A DNA stretch of 64,000 bases. Origin: a virus. Below are positions 55,617 to 64,000 of this stretch, piece after piece. Made by a program: the position numbers and the translations under genes. The DNA is taken from positions 1 to 64,000 of IMG/VR virus record IMGVR_UViG_3300046777_002415; one strand, 5' to 3'. Positions within the stretch are counted from its first letter, which is position 1, and every line of letters starts with the position of its first letter. A model generated the notes under the pieces. The model was not told where the DNA came from, ran no database searches, and was given only the letters and a program-made list of their open reading frames with translations.

Positions 55617-56200
55617 TGTTGTGCTCCCAAGGTCTTGAGTAGAACCCCGTTTCCACGGAGTTCGATGTGGCCCTCGTCCTTGAGTTTGGTGATCATCCGT
55701 GACACGTACTCCTTGCCAAGCCCCGCTCTCTGGGCCAGCTTGGTACGGCTCAGCGCCGGGATGAATATCCCGCCACTCTCTTTCTTCCCGCGGTTCTCCG
55801 CGATCTCCCTGATCAACATGCTGATGCGCTTGTCGCCCGGCAGCGCGGACATCATGGACTGCTGCAGGACTCGGTTCTGCTGCTGCGAAGCAGAACGCAG
55901 CACCTGACGGAGTGTTTCGGGGTCCGATAGACCTGCTGCCGAAAGGAACCCCACCACGCAAATGTCCTCAGCCCGCCAGGTAATCGAGGCAGAGGGCGGG
56001 CACTTGCAGTCGAGTGTCTCAACGCCAAGCCACTCGCCGTCGTAGACGAGGTGGGTGGAGTAAGCGTCGGGGTGATGCTTGTCCAGATAGGTCACGGCGA
56101 CGATACCGCGTGACAGAAACCCGACCGTCGGTGCTGCGGTCGGGCAGTGAAGGATGACGTCCCCTGGGACGAAGGTTCTGTAGTCGGCGTCGTTCAACAT
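55613..56200 (-). CDS. Crp/Fnr-family transcription regulator
   Basis: cNMP-fold-like ...GEWLG..., C-terminal LSRTKLAQRAGLGKEYVSRMITKLKDEGHI HTH. Confidence 0.85.
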   Translation of the reverse strand: MLNDADYRTFVPGDVILHCPTAAPTVGFLSRGIVAVTYLDKHHPDAYSTHLVYDGEWLGVETLDCKCPPSASITWRAEDICVVGFLSAAGLSDPETLRQVLRSASQQQNRVLQQSMMSALPGDKRISMLIREIAENRGKKESGGIFIPALSRTKLAQRAGLGKEYVSRMITKLKDEGHIELRGNGVLLKTLGAQQ

Positions 56201-56619
56201 GACTGTGCTGCGAAAGTGAACATGGAATCGAAATCGTCGGTGGTGCCCTGCCAAACTGGCTTCTTTTTCCCCTCAGCCCTCACCACCTCCTCCCCTCGGT
56301 ACCAAGCCAGCAGGTTCTTGGCCCGGTCGGCGTAGATGAAGGCGGTGACATGGCCGGCCCGCTGCCAGAGGCGGTGCTTGCCGCACTGCCCGGAGTCCAG
56401 CAGGGACTTGAGAGACGCTGATTTCTCGGTGCTCTTGGCCTCAATCAGGATCGCCGGCTTCTCTGGCAGCAGCCAGAGGAAGTCCCCGGGCTGGGCCGGC
56501 ATGTAACCGCCGGCCGACTTCGAGTCGTAGAAGCGGTGGAAGAACGACTTATGCTCGCACTGCCACCGGTACAAAGCCTCCTGGATGTGCTTCTCCAGCC
56601 ATTTGCCGTCATTGGCCAT
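56194..56619 (-). CDS. Holliday junction resolvase (RecU/PD-(D/E)xK-like)
   Basis: GKWLEKHI...PGDF...LIEAKST. Confidence 0.75.
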   Translation of the reverse strand: MANDGKWLEKHIQEALYRWQCEHKSFFHRFYDSKSAGGYMPAQPGDFLWLLPEKPAILIEAKSTEKSASLKSLLDSGQCGKHRLWQRAGHVTAFIYADRAKNLLAWYRGEEVVRAEGKKKPVWQGTTDDFDSMFTFAAQSC

Positions 56620-57346
56620 GGTGGCCTCCGAGGATGCTCAAGGCAGTGAAGCGGACGTCCGGATCCATGTCAGGCTGCGTGAACCACTTCAGGCTGGACG
56701 GCCTGAGTGAGGAGAACGGCATGCCCTTGTGCTTGCCGAACGGCACCAGACGCAGTTGCTGCGGGGCTCCAAGCCATGTCGCCATGCCTTCCAGAGTCTT
56801 CTGGGTCTGCTTCATGTAATGGTTGAGCAGCAGCCCAACCATCCAGCAATCGGCAAGTCCATCGTGAGCCTGCTTCGGCAACTCGGTGTCCAGCACGTAC
56901 CGCTCACCGACCAGATGGCTCAGGCGGTGATTGGATGCGATCGGATCCAGGCGCCGAGCTGCCCACAGGGTGTCGATCATCCGGTTGTGCGGCCATCCCG
57001 GCAGATGCCGGGCCACGATCGGCACGTCGAATTTCACGATGTTGTGGCCGACGAGGAAGACATTGGCGTCGTGCAGCATGGCGAACTCGTTGACGGTTTG
57101 CCGCCACCTCTGTGCCACCGTGCTGGACGGCTGCTTGCCTGCAACCCTCTCCTCGCTGATCCCGTGCGTGTCGAACGCCCCTTGCGCGATCGGCCGGTTC
57201 GGCTTGGCCAGCTCGTCGAAGACGACCGCCGTGCTGGGGTCACCCTCGACGAACATGACCGAGCTGAGCTGGACGAAATCGTCCTGCTTGGGGTCGGCGC
57301 CAGTTGTTTCTGTGTCGAAGCAGACTGCGATGGACTTCCTTGTCAT
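56609..57346 (-). CDS. DEDDh 3'-5' exonuclease (ExoX/DnaQ-like)
   Basis: FDTETTG, GHNIVKFD, HDGLAD, PFGKHKG. Confidence 0.9.
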   Translation of the reverse strand: MTRKSIAVCFDTETTGADPKQDDFVQLSSVMFVEGDPSTAVVFDELAKPNRPIAQGAFDTHGISEERVAGKQPSSTVAQRWRQTVNEFAMLHDANVFLVGHNIVKFDVPIVARHLPGWPHNRMIDTLWAARRLDPIASNHRLSHLVGERYVLDTELPKQAHDGLADCWMVGLLLNHYMKQTQKTLEGMATWLGAPQQLRLVPFGKHKGMPFSSLRPSSLKWFTQPDMDPDVRFTALSILGGHHGQ

Positions 57347-57350
57347 AGTG

Positions 57351-57797
57351 TCAAACCCTCCCAGTTGAACCGAAGCCACCTTCTCGGTTGCTGGCACTCA
57401 GCTCCTCAGCTTCTGCCAGATCGACGCGGTAGAACGGTAGGAACATTGCCTGACAGATGCGCTCACCAGGGTTGATGTAGTAGGTATCGTCGCCGCGATT
57501 CCAGACCGAGACCTTTACCTCGTCCCGATAGTCTGGGTCGATCACCCCGATCAGGTTACCGAGGACGACGCCGTGCTTGTGCCCAAGGCCGGAGCGCGGG
57601 GTCAGCAGCATGACGATCGATTCCGGCACCTCGAAGATCAACCCGGTCGGCAGCAGAATGGTCTGCCCAGGGGCGAGGGTGGTTCTGGCGAAGGTCGCTG
57701 CCCTCAGATCGATGGCGGCGGCACCGGCAGTAGATCCGGAGGGGAGGGGGTGGTGTTCGTAGAACGCTGGGTCGATGACTTTGACGTTGATCTTCAT
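57351..57797 (-). CDS. dut: dUTPase
   Basis: AAIDL, PRSGLG, GVIDPDYR, GERICQ, REGGFGSTG. Confidence 0.97.
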   Translation of the reverse strand: MKINVKVIDPAFYEHHPLPSGSTAGAAAIDLRAATFARTTLAPGQTILLPTGLIFEVPESIVMLLTPRSGLGHKHGVVLGNLIGVIDPDYRDEVKVSVWNRGDDTYYINPGERICQAMFLPFYRVDLAEAEELSASNREGGFGSTGRV

Positions 57798-58234
57798 GCC
57801 CTGGCACCCTCCGGTACCACCAAAAGCAGGTAGGTTGTATCCTCTGTTTGTATTACCTCGTGTTCGACCTTAGTCGTACGGAGATTGCCCAAGGAGATAC
57901 CCATTCCTTCCTTTAATGTCATGTGCAAGATTGGTTTGCTCTTTAGCTGTCCTATCTTTACGCCCTTGGCTAAGTCTGAGTCCGTCTTCTTCCGGTAAGC
58001 GAAAGTATTCGAGCTTGGGTCCACAAGAGGCGTAATTTTGTCTCCCAATTTCCAACCGAGTTCTTCGAGTACTTTTTCGCCTATTTCTACACGCAGAAAA
58101 TCCCCTTGCTTTCCCCGCCTTGTGATAGCGATTCTGACGTCTATTGACCTATCCACAGTCGCGGGATAGCCGCCCCTTGTTAGATAAAAGGACGAGGCAG
58201 GCGGAAACCTTGAAACATCAAATTCTTGAGTCAT
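57794..58234 (-). CDS. Hypothetical protein, possibly AbrB-like, lower GC
   Basis: LRVEIGEKVLEELGWKLGDKI resembles AbrB swapped hairpin. Confidence 0.55.
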   Translation of the reverse strand: MTQEFDVSRFPPASSFYLTRGGYPATVDRSIDVRIAITRRGKQGDFLRVEIGEKVLEELGWKLGDKITPLVDPSSNTFAYRKKTDSDLAKGVKIGQLKSKPILHMTLKEGMGISLGNLRTTKVEHEVIQTEDTTYLLLVVPEGARA

Positions 58235-58251
58235 AACTGCTCCTTAGTTTC

Positions 58252-58524
58252 CTAGTTCACCAGATCCTTCAGCGCCTTCGCCGGCTTGAACACCACCGCC
58301 TTGCTGGCCGGTATCTGGATCGTCTGGCCGGTGGCGGGGTTGCGGCCGGTGCGGGCTTCACGGTCCTTGACGTGGAAAGCGCCGAAGCCGTGGATGGTTA
58401 CGTCTTCTCCGACTGCCAGGTAGTCTGCGATCCTGCCGAATACAGCATCGAGCACCCGGCCGGCACTGGCTTTGCTGACATCAATTTCAGTGGTGATTGC
58501 GTTTACCAGTTCTGCTTTGTTCAT
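58252..58524 (-). CDS. hup: HU-like DNA-binding protein
   Basis: MNKAELV...GFGAF...ARTGRNPATG...FKPAKALKD. Confidence 0.96.
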   Translation of the reverse strand: MNKAELVNAITTEIDVSKASAGRVLDAVFGRIADYLAVGEDVTIHGFGAFHVKDREARTGRNPATGQTIQIPASKAVVFKPAKALKDLVN

Positions 58525-58566
58525 CTCAGTTCTCTCATTGATTGCCGGGGACCGCCCGGCGCGGGT

Positions 58567-61500
58567 TCATGCTGCCTCGGCGTGGCCCAAGGCCTTGTCG
58601 ATGGCGTAATTGATCAGCTCCGGCGTCGGGTGCGGCCCGATCTCGACCTGCGTCCCGAAGTTCGGGCCCAGTGAAGGCTCTGCCCAGAGAGGGCAGGGCA
58701 GACCCGGGATGCCTTGGGTCATGATGGAGTGGACCTCCATGATCAGGCTTGGCGCCTTGCTGCTGTGGCAGGAAAACACCAGCTCGTCATGGATCGGAGC
58801 AAGGAACTGAGCCCCGTGACGCTGGAAGGTTTTGCGCTGGTAGAGGGCGGTCAGGACGACCTTCAAATAGTCGGCGCACACGCCTTGGATCAGGGAGTTC
58901 AAGGCCGACCGCTCAAGGTAGCCGCGCATGCCTTCATCGTTGGTCAGCAGCTTGCTGAACAGATGGCGCCGGGAACCGTAGAGCGTCGTCAGGTAACCCT
59001 GGCTGTGCAGCTGCTCGATGGACTTCTCGCGCCAGTCCTCGTACCCGGAGTACAGCTTCTTCTTGGCAGAGAGGTAGTCCTTGGCTATCTCCGGGTCACA
59101 GATCAGCTTCCGGGCCAGCTTGGTTGGGCCTCCACCGTATTGGCTGAGGAAGTTGACGCCCTTGGCATCGCCGCGGATCTTCTTGTAGCTCTTGGCGTCG
59201 GGGTGGGTATCGTCGTGGCGGGCTTCCTCGAACTGCTCGTAAGGCACCCCGGCAATCCCGGCAGCCGTCAGGCTGTGGATGTCCCGCAGTTCTGATGTCC
59301 GGAAACGCTCGACGAACTTGGGGCCCAGCTGTTCGATCATCCAGTCGGGCAGCGTCTTGAGGACGTTGCCGTCGATGTAGCAGCTCAGCATCTCAATGTC
59401 CCGGGATAGCCCGGCGCCGACCCGCAGTTCCTCGCCAGCCCAATCGATTGAGCAGATCAGGTCGTGGCCCTTGAGCGGGATCACAGCGTTCCGGAACTTG
59501 ATGCCGTCGCCGCGCTTCGGCATCTGCATCAGATTCGGCGAGCTGCCCGACATGCGCCGGGTTTCCGTGCCGCAGCTGTTGAGCTGGGGGTGGACCAGAC
59601 CGGTCTTGGGGTGCTGCCACAGCGGGTACTTGCTGTAGAAGTTGCTGTTGCGGGTCTGCGCCTTCTTGGCCTTCAGCAGGCACTCCAGTGCCTCACGCTT
59701 CCACGAACCTTCCGGTGCGTCCGTGGCCATCGCTGTCAAGATCGCGTCCTCGTTAGCCTGTGCTCCGCCTTCCAGCCCCAAGTCAGCGCGTTCCTCGGTG
59801 ACATCGAAGCTGCGTATCCGGAGCGGTAAGGCCAGCATGCCGTACAGCAACGCCTTCATCTGCAGAGGGGAGCTCAGCGACAGTTCGCTGCCGACCGTTT
59901 CGTACCGCTTGTCATCGGGCGTGGCCTCGACTTTAACCTCGCGGCAGAGCTCCATTAGTCTCTGGACTTTGGGCTTCTCGGTGCAGTTCTTCTGGTGCAG
60001 ACAATCCACTAGGTCACGAATTAGCCCCAGGATACGCTCGGCTCGACTGTCTGGGTGGTCTAGGCCCAGTGTGGCTTCCTTCCATGCCACCCAGGCCTTA
60101 TTGGTAGTCTTCTCCAGAGCAGGGAGCCCAAGGTACTCAAAAACCTCGCTGAACTGCACTGCCGTCATCTTGAAGTCGATCGGCTTCTCGACCCGTTCCA
60201 TATCCCGGTACGTCACCCTCTCCTCGATCTTGAGGGTCAGGGCGGCGATGTCCTCAGCCATCCTGCTTTTGGCGTCGTTCTCTTCGAGTTGCTTGGCCTT
60301 GACCGCCGCGGCGTACTTGGCATCGATCATCTCGCGCTCGACTTCCAGCAGGTTGCGGATACCCTCCTGCAGGACCTCGTCCGTCTGGTTCTCCCGCAGC
60401 AATTCACGGAGGCGGGCCATGTTGGTATCGAACACCTCTTGGTCCTCGATCCGCAGTCGGTCGAGTTCCTGCCAGTCGATGTCGATGCCGGCGAGGTAGG
60501 CGTCGGACAGCAGATAGATCGGCGGGAATTCATTCTGTCTGACGAAGTCCCAGGTGCCTTCCAGCAGCAACTGGAGCTTGAGGAATTCATACAAGTGGGC
60601 CGTGACCAACGGATCATCGGCGCCGTACTGCAGGACGTGCTCAGCGCTGTAGTCGCGCATCGCTGTCCCCTTCTCGATGACGTCGTGGTAGTGCAGCTGC
60701 TTGTAGCCAAGGATCCGGAGGCTCATATCCTTCAGACCGCTGGACTCCTGCTCGTCGACATGCGATGACATCACTTTGGTGTCATGCGCCGGCGGCAGAT
60801 CACGACCGAACTGATTCTTGTAGATGGTCTGTTCGAAATACAGGTTCTGGATCACCAGCGGGGTGCCCGCCGGAATGCAATCGATCAGCTTGGGGATGAA
60901 CTCGGCCGGCAGGTTGTTGTTGCCGGCGTGGTCGACCGTCGCGTAGAAGGTGTGCTCCAGGTTCTTGCCGAACGTGAAGCCGGCGCCGGTGATGGTCGAG
61001 GACAGCATGTCGACGTACTCACGACCATTAGCTGCTTCGATGAACGCATCGGTAACAGGTGCCGAGGTCTCCCAGTCGATCGAGATGAAGGGCGACTCGG
61101 CGAACAACTCGCGGGCCTGGGCCAGAGTGCCTTCCTCATCGTCCAGGGCCGAAGCGTCAAGGATGAAAGGCGGATTGGGCATGAACGGCGCCAGAGTCTG
61201 GCGCAGGTCCTGACAGCCGACGGCATCCAGCAAGGTGCCCAGTTTGTCAGCCCGGGGCAGGGCGGTGGACCACTTCGGAGTCAGGTAGATGCTCTTGCCA
61301 CTGATCTCGGTCTTGCTATTGACGAGGCTGGGGTGGAGGATCGCTAGGTCCCAGCACATTATCCAGTTTTGCAGGTCTCGGAAGATCATCTCCAGTAGCG
61401 GATCGCTACCTGACTCAGCCAGCTTTTTCAGCAGGTTGTAGCCGGCACCGGTCAGCATGTCCTGCAGCTGCTGCAGTCCGTCGTCGCCGTAGGTCTCGAC

Positions 61501-62118
61501 CAGCTTGAGCCACTTGGCAGGACCGAAGCCGTTGACACCCTTGTACCCGTCCGACGAATCGCCGACGAGCGACTTGTAGAGGGCGACCCGGTTGAAGGGG
61601 ACCTCGATGTCCTTGTCCTTGAAGCAGTCGATGAATTCGTGGCCGATGTTCAGGACGACGCTGTCCGATCCAAGCTGAGCCAAGTCGCGGTCGACGGTGT
61701 AGATCATGGAGGCCGGCAGATGCTTGGCCATCCAGGCGATCACGTCATCTGCCTCGACCGTGTCGACGACGACCTGGGTGATGCCCAAGTATTTCAGCAG
61801 CAGCTTGGTATGCTTGATGGTCTCGCTGATGGCGAACTTGAGCTCTGGCGATTGCTCGCGCTCCTTGCGGGCCTTCTTGTAATCAGGGAAGCGGGTTTCG
61901 CGGTAGAGGTTACCGCCGTCCCAGACAGCCACGACTTGCTTCACCCTGAAATCCTTCAGGATCGGGAGCAGGACGGAGTTGACGAGGTTGTCGATAGCGT
62001 GGCCGGCGGTGTTGACCGTCTTGCCAGTGATTGAGTCACGGTCACCGTCTCTGTCGGTGCCGGAGTGCAGGCTGCGAAGCGCAAGCCCACGAATATCCAG
62101 TAGGACGTAGCTGTCCAT
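58567..62118 (-). CDS. polA: Family A DNA polymerase with fused 5'-3' and 3'-5' exonuclease domains
   Basis: VEADDVI/DRDL/GDSSDG; DWET/YGADD; RMSGSSPNLMQ, DWAGEELR, KGVNF...YG, IHDEL. Confidence 0.95.
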   Translation of the reverse strand: MDSYVLLDIRGLALRSLHSGTDRDGDRDSITGKTVNTAGHAIDNLVNSVLLPILKDFRVKQVVAVWDGGNLYRETRFPDYKKARKEREQSPELKFAISETIKHTKLLLKYLGITQVVVDTVEADDVIAWMAKHLPASMIYTVDRDLAQLGSDSVVLNIGHEFIDCFKDKDIEVPFNRVALYKSLVGDSSDGYKGVNGFGPAKWLKLVETYGDDGLQQLQDMLTGAGYNLLKKLAESGSDPLLEMIFRDLQNWIMCWDLAILHPSLVNSKTEISGKSIYLTPKWSTALPRADKLGTLLDAVGCQDLRQTLAPFMPNPPFILDASALDDEEGTLAQARELFAESPFISIDWETSAPVTDAFIEAANGREYVDMLSSTITGAGFTFGKNLEHTFYATVDHAGNNNLPAEFIPKLIDCIPAGTPLVIQNLYFEQTIYKNQFGRDLPPAHDTKVMSSHVDEQESSGLKDMSLRILGYKQLHYHDVIEKGTAMRDYSAEHVLQYGADDPLVTAHLYEFLKLQLLLEGTWDFVRQNEFPPIYLLSDAYLAGIDIDWQELDRLRIEDQEVFDTNMARLRELLRENQTDEVLQEGIRNLLEVEREMIDAKYAAAVKAKQLEENDAKSRMAEDIAALTLKIEERVTYRDMERVEKPIDFKMTAVQFSEVFEYLGLPALEKTTNKAWVAWKEATLGLDHPDSRAERILGLIRDLVDCLHQKNCTEKPKVQRLMELCREVKVEATPDDKRYETVGSELSLSSPLQMKALLYGMLALPLRIRSFDVTEERADLGLEGGAQANEDAILTAMATDAPEGSWKREALECLLKAKKAQTRNSNFYSKYPLWQHPKTGLVHPQLNSCGTETRRMSGSSPNLMQMPKRGDGIKFRNAVIPLKGHDLICSIDWAGEELRVGAGLSRDIEMLSCYIDGNVLKTLPDWMIEQLGPKFVERFRTSELRDIHSLTAAGIAGVPYEQFEEARHDDTHPDAKSYKKIRGDAKGVNFLSQYGGGPTKLARKLICDPEIAKDYLSAKKKLYSGYEDWREKSIEQLHSQGYLTTLYGSRRHLFSKLLTNDEGMRGYLERSALNSLIQGVCADYLKVVLTALYQRKTFQRHGAQFLAPIHDELVFSCHSSKAPSLIMEVHSIMTQGIPGLPCPLWAEPSLGPNFGTQVEIGPHPTPELINYAIDKALGHAEAA

Positions 62119-62246
62119 GATGCCTCCAAGGAAAGCCTTCCCGGTCTGGAGTGCTGCCAGACCGGGTCGGTGGGTCTACTTATTCAGGTATCGCCAGGCG
62201 ACGTATCCTGAAACTGCAATTGCCAGAACGTCGAGTAGCAGGCACA

Positions 62247-62666
62247 TCAGGCCAGTCCGTACTCTTTCGGATCCAGACGCAAAGTGCGGCAGACCTCCAT
62301 GATGACGGTGTGCTCCTCCGGCTCGATCTCACCATCAGCCTTGGCGATCGCCAGCATGGTGAGCAGAACCTCCTGCGCGTGGTCGTCGTTGTCGGCGATG
62401 TCACTGATCTCGTCCAGCATCTTCTTCTTGCCGATGCCGAAATCCGCGTCGAGGATGTTTTCGAAGCGGGTGATCGTCTTCGTGATCTCCCGGCCGCGGA
62501 AGGCTTCAAGCAGGTCATTGGCTTGCAGGAGCTTGGTCAGCTTGTCAGTCTCGGAACGCTCGATGGTTCCATCTGCTGCCGCCGTGAGCAAAGCCCCGGC
62601 GACAATGGCTTCCATCACGTTTTTGTTCTGGACTTTCTTGGCTTTGTTGAACAGGTTTCCAAACAT
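62247..62666 (-). CDS. terB: TerB-family tellurite-resistance-like protein
   Basis: AAADGTIERSE...IAKADGEIEPEE repeats. Confidence 0.9.
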   Translation of the reverse strand: MFGNLFNKAKKVQNKNVMEAIVAGALLTAAADGTIERSETDKLTKLLQANDLLEAFRGREITKTITRFENILDADFGIGKKKMLDEISDIADNDDHAQEVLLTMLAIAKADGEIEPEEHTVIMEVCRTLRLDPKEYGLA

Positions 62667-62723
62667 TTTGATACTCCAAAGGAAGATACCAGCCCGGGGT
62701 GCTGCCGGGCTGGCTTATTGATA

Positions 62724-63482
62724 TTACGCAGCCTGATTCTGGGGCTGGTAATCACCTACTGCTTCAAACGTCCAAGGCTGGAACGTCCGGGTGCCGGTCT
62801 TGATCGGACTACCCACTCCTACCTTGGTGACTACCTGCGGGACCCTGCGGCCCTTGGTGACACCCAGTACCTTGGAGTACCCAGCAAACTTCTTCGCAGA
62901 AGTCTGTGGAATTGCCAGCATCGCTACCGCGCCGTCGTGCTCCCCGCCGATGATCATCGCCGCGGCCTCCAACGTATTCCTCACCACCGGCGAATGACCC
63001 TCTGCCTTCCACCGGGCGATGACCTGTGCAACAGGTTCACCGGCTGTGGTGACGGCGTTGGGGTTCTTGGTGATGTCCTCGTAGGACCAGACAGCCTGAG
63101 CGTCCGAACCTTCTTCCTTGGAGCGGTGGATGTACACCTTCTTCACCTGGAAAATGTTGCAGGTGAAATCGCTGCCCATCTTCTCTTCGTCGAACCAGAA
63201 GATGCCGCTGTCGAGCTTGACTCGGGAAAATGAGCCAAAGCCGATCTCGTCATCGAGGTCGTCGAAGCCGTCGTTGAACTGGGAGGCCTGGACAGGCAGA
63301 GGCTGTACCGCCGGAAGCGCATTGGCTGCCGGTTGCAGATAACCTGTGGTCTGGGGGACAGACTCCTCGTACGAGGCTACAGGAGGGAGAGGCTGCTCAA
63401 CAGGTGCTGCCGGGGCGGCAACGGTCGGGTTGGTGAGCGGGTTGGTGAGCGGGTTGACGGGCTGGTTTCTTAACAGAGTCAT
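62724..63482 (-). CDS. Putative ssDNA-binding/annealing protein
   Basis: Position in replication cluster; low-complexity N-terminus; LAIPQTSAKKF...VVTKV...F motif. Confidence 0.5.
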   Translation of the reverse strand: MTLLRNQPVNPLTNPLTNPTVAAPAAPVEQPLPPVASYEESVPQTTGYLQPAANALPAVQPLPVQASQFNDGFDDLDDEIGFGSFSRVKLDSGIFWFDEEKMGSDFTCNIFQVKKVYIHRSKEEGSDAQAVWSYEDITKNPNAVTTAGEPVAQVIARWKAEGHSPVVRNTLEAAAMIIGGEHDGAVAMLAIPQTSAKKFAGYSKVLGVTKGRRVPQVVTKVGVGSPIKTGTRTFQPWTFEAVGDYQPQNQAA

Positions 63483-63612
63483 AATAGTCTCCTTGGTCGT
63501 TTACATGTGTCAGCTCTTCGACGTGCTGTCAGGCTGCTGACGTGGCCTACTTCTGGTGCTGCAGATTCGGCGTGAGTTGAATCTAACAGCACCGGAATCG
63601 GTTGACAAGAGG

Positions 63613-64000
63613 TCAATGCACAAAGCTGGCATGCACCATCACCAGGCGCTGCTTGGCGCGGGTGACGGCGGTGTACAAGAAGCGCTTGGCCTCCTCGAAA
63701 TCGTTGGCTTGCTCGAACGCCGCCACTTCTTCCACGTAGATCTGGACGGAGTCCCATTCAGAGCCCTGTGCGGTGTGGGCGGTGATGGCGTAGCCGAGCT
63801 GGAATTGGCAGTCCCTAAGCTCTGGCTGCCGGTCATGGATGCCGTCGATATGCATGTGCTCGAGGTGAACCCTCTTGCCTGCGTCGTCGACGACGTGGTT
63901 GTTGCCGGCGTACCACCAGAGTGAGTTATTGACGAGGCCAAGGTGGGCCCATGTTTTCACCGTGGCCTTGCACACCAGAGGTTCACCCTCGACCAGTTCC
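63613..64000 (-). CDS. RecD/Dda-like SF1 helicase, C-terminal part
   Basis: GYAITAHTAQGSEWDSV, LYTAVTRAK. Confidence 0.9.
   Translation of the reverse strand, partial: ELVEGEPLVCKATVKTWAHLGLVNNSLWWYAGNNHVVDDAGKRVHLEHMHIDGIHDRQPELRDCQFQLGYAITAHTAQGSEWDSVQIYVEEVAAFEQANDFEEAKRFLYTAVTRAKQRLVMVHASFVH

Noticed and set aside
55617-55961. N-terminal extension of SbcD in the ORF track
   Set aside because: It overlaps the Crp/Fnr gene; the real start at 55616 has an ATGA overlap and nuclease motif I follows immediately.

Overview
The window is part of a large tailed dsDNA phage genome with siphovirus-type tail genes and roughly 60% GC; the host is probably a proteobacterium. No host chromosome is visible. 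An intact attP, matching the 3' half of tRNA-Arg(CCU) beside a tyrosine integrase, indicates the free or circular form of a temperate phage. Positions 1-4100 form a leftward early/control region: rha, small ORFs, an AT-rich early operon, palindromes and promoter-to-terminator non-coding units. Positions 4187-49097 are the rightward late region: lysis, GpA-type terminase, portal, S49 protease/scaffold, capsid, fibres, neck, tail tube, a 3010-aa tape measure and the tail tip, with two homing-endonuclease-like insertions. Positions 49213-64000 are a leftward integration/replication region: int/xis, DUF5664 nucleotidase, SbcCD, a Crp/Fnr regulator, resolvase, exonuclease, dUTPase, HU, PolA, TerB, SSB and helicase. 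Best candidate novel system: the translation starts of at least 11 late genes sit in short hairpins with ANGGA/GGA loops, the CsrA/RsmA operator architecture. A non-coding stretch at the head of the late region (about 4560-4800) carries tandem ANGGA hairpins like CsrB/RsmZ. Together these suggest late gene expression gated post-transcriptionally by Csr/Rsm, with a phage-encoded sponge or switch RNA. All calls are by eye; no database searches were run.
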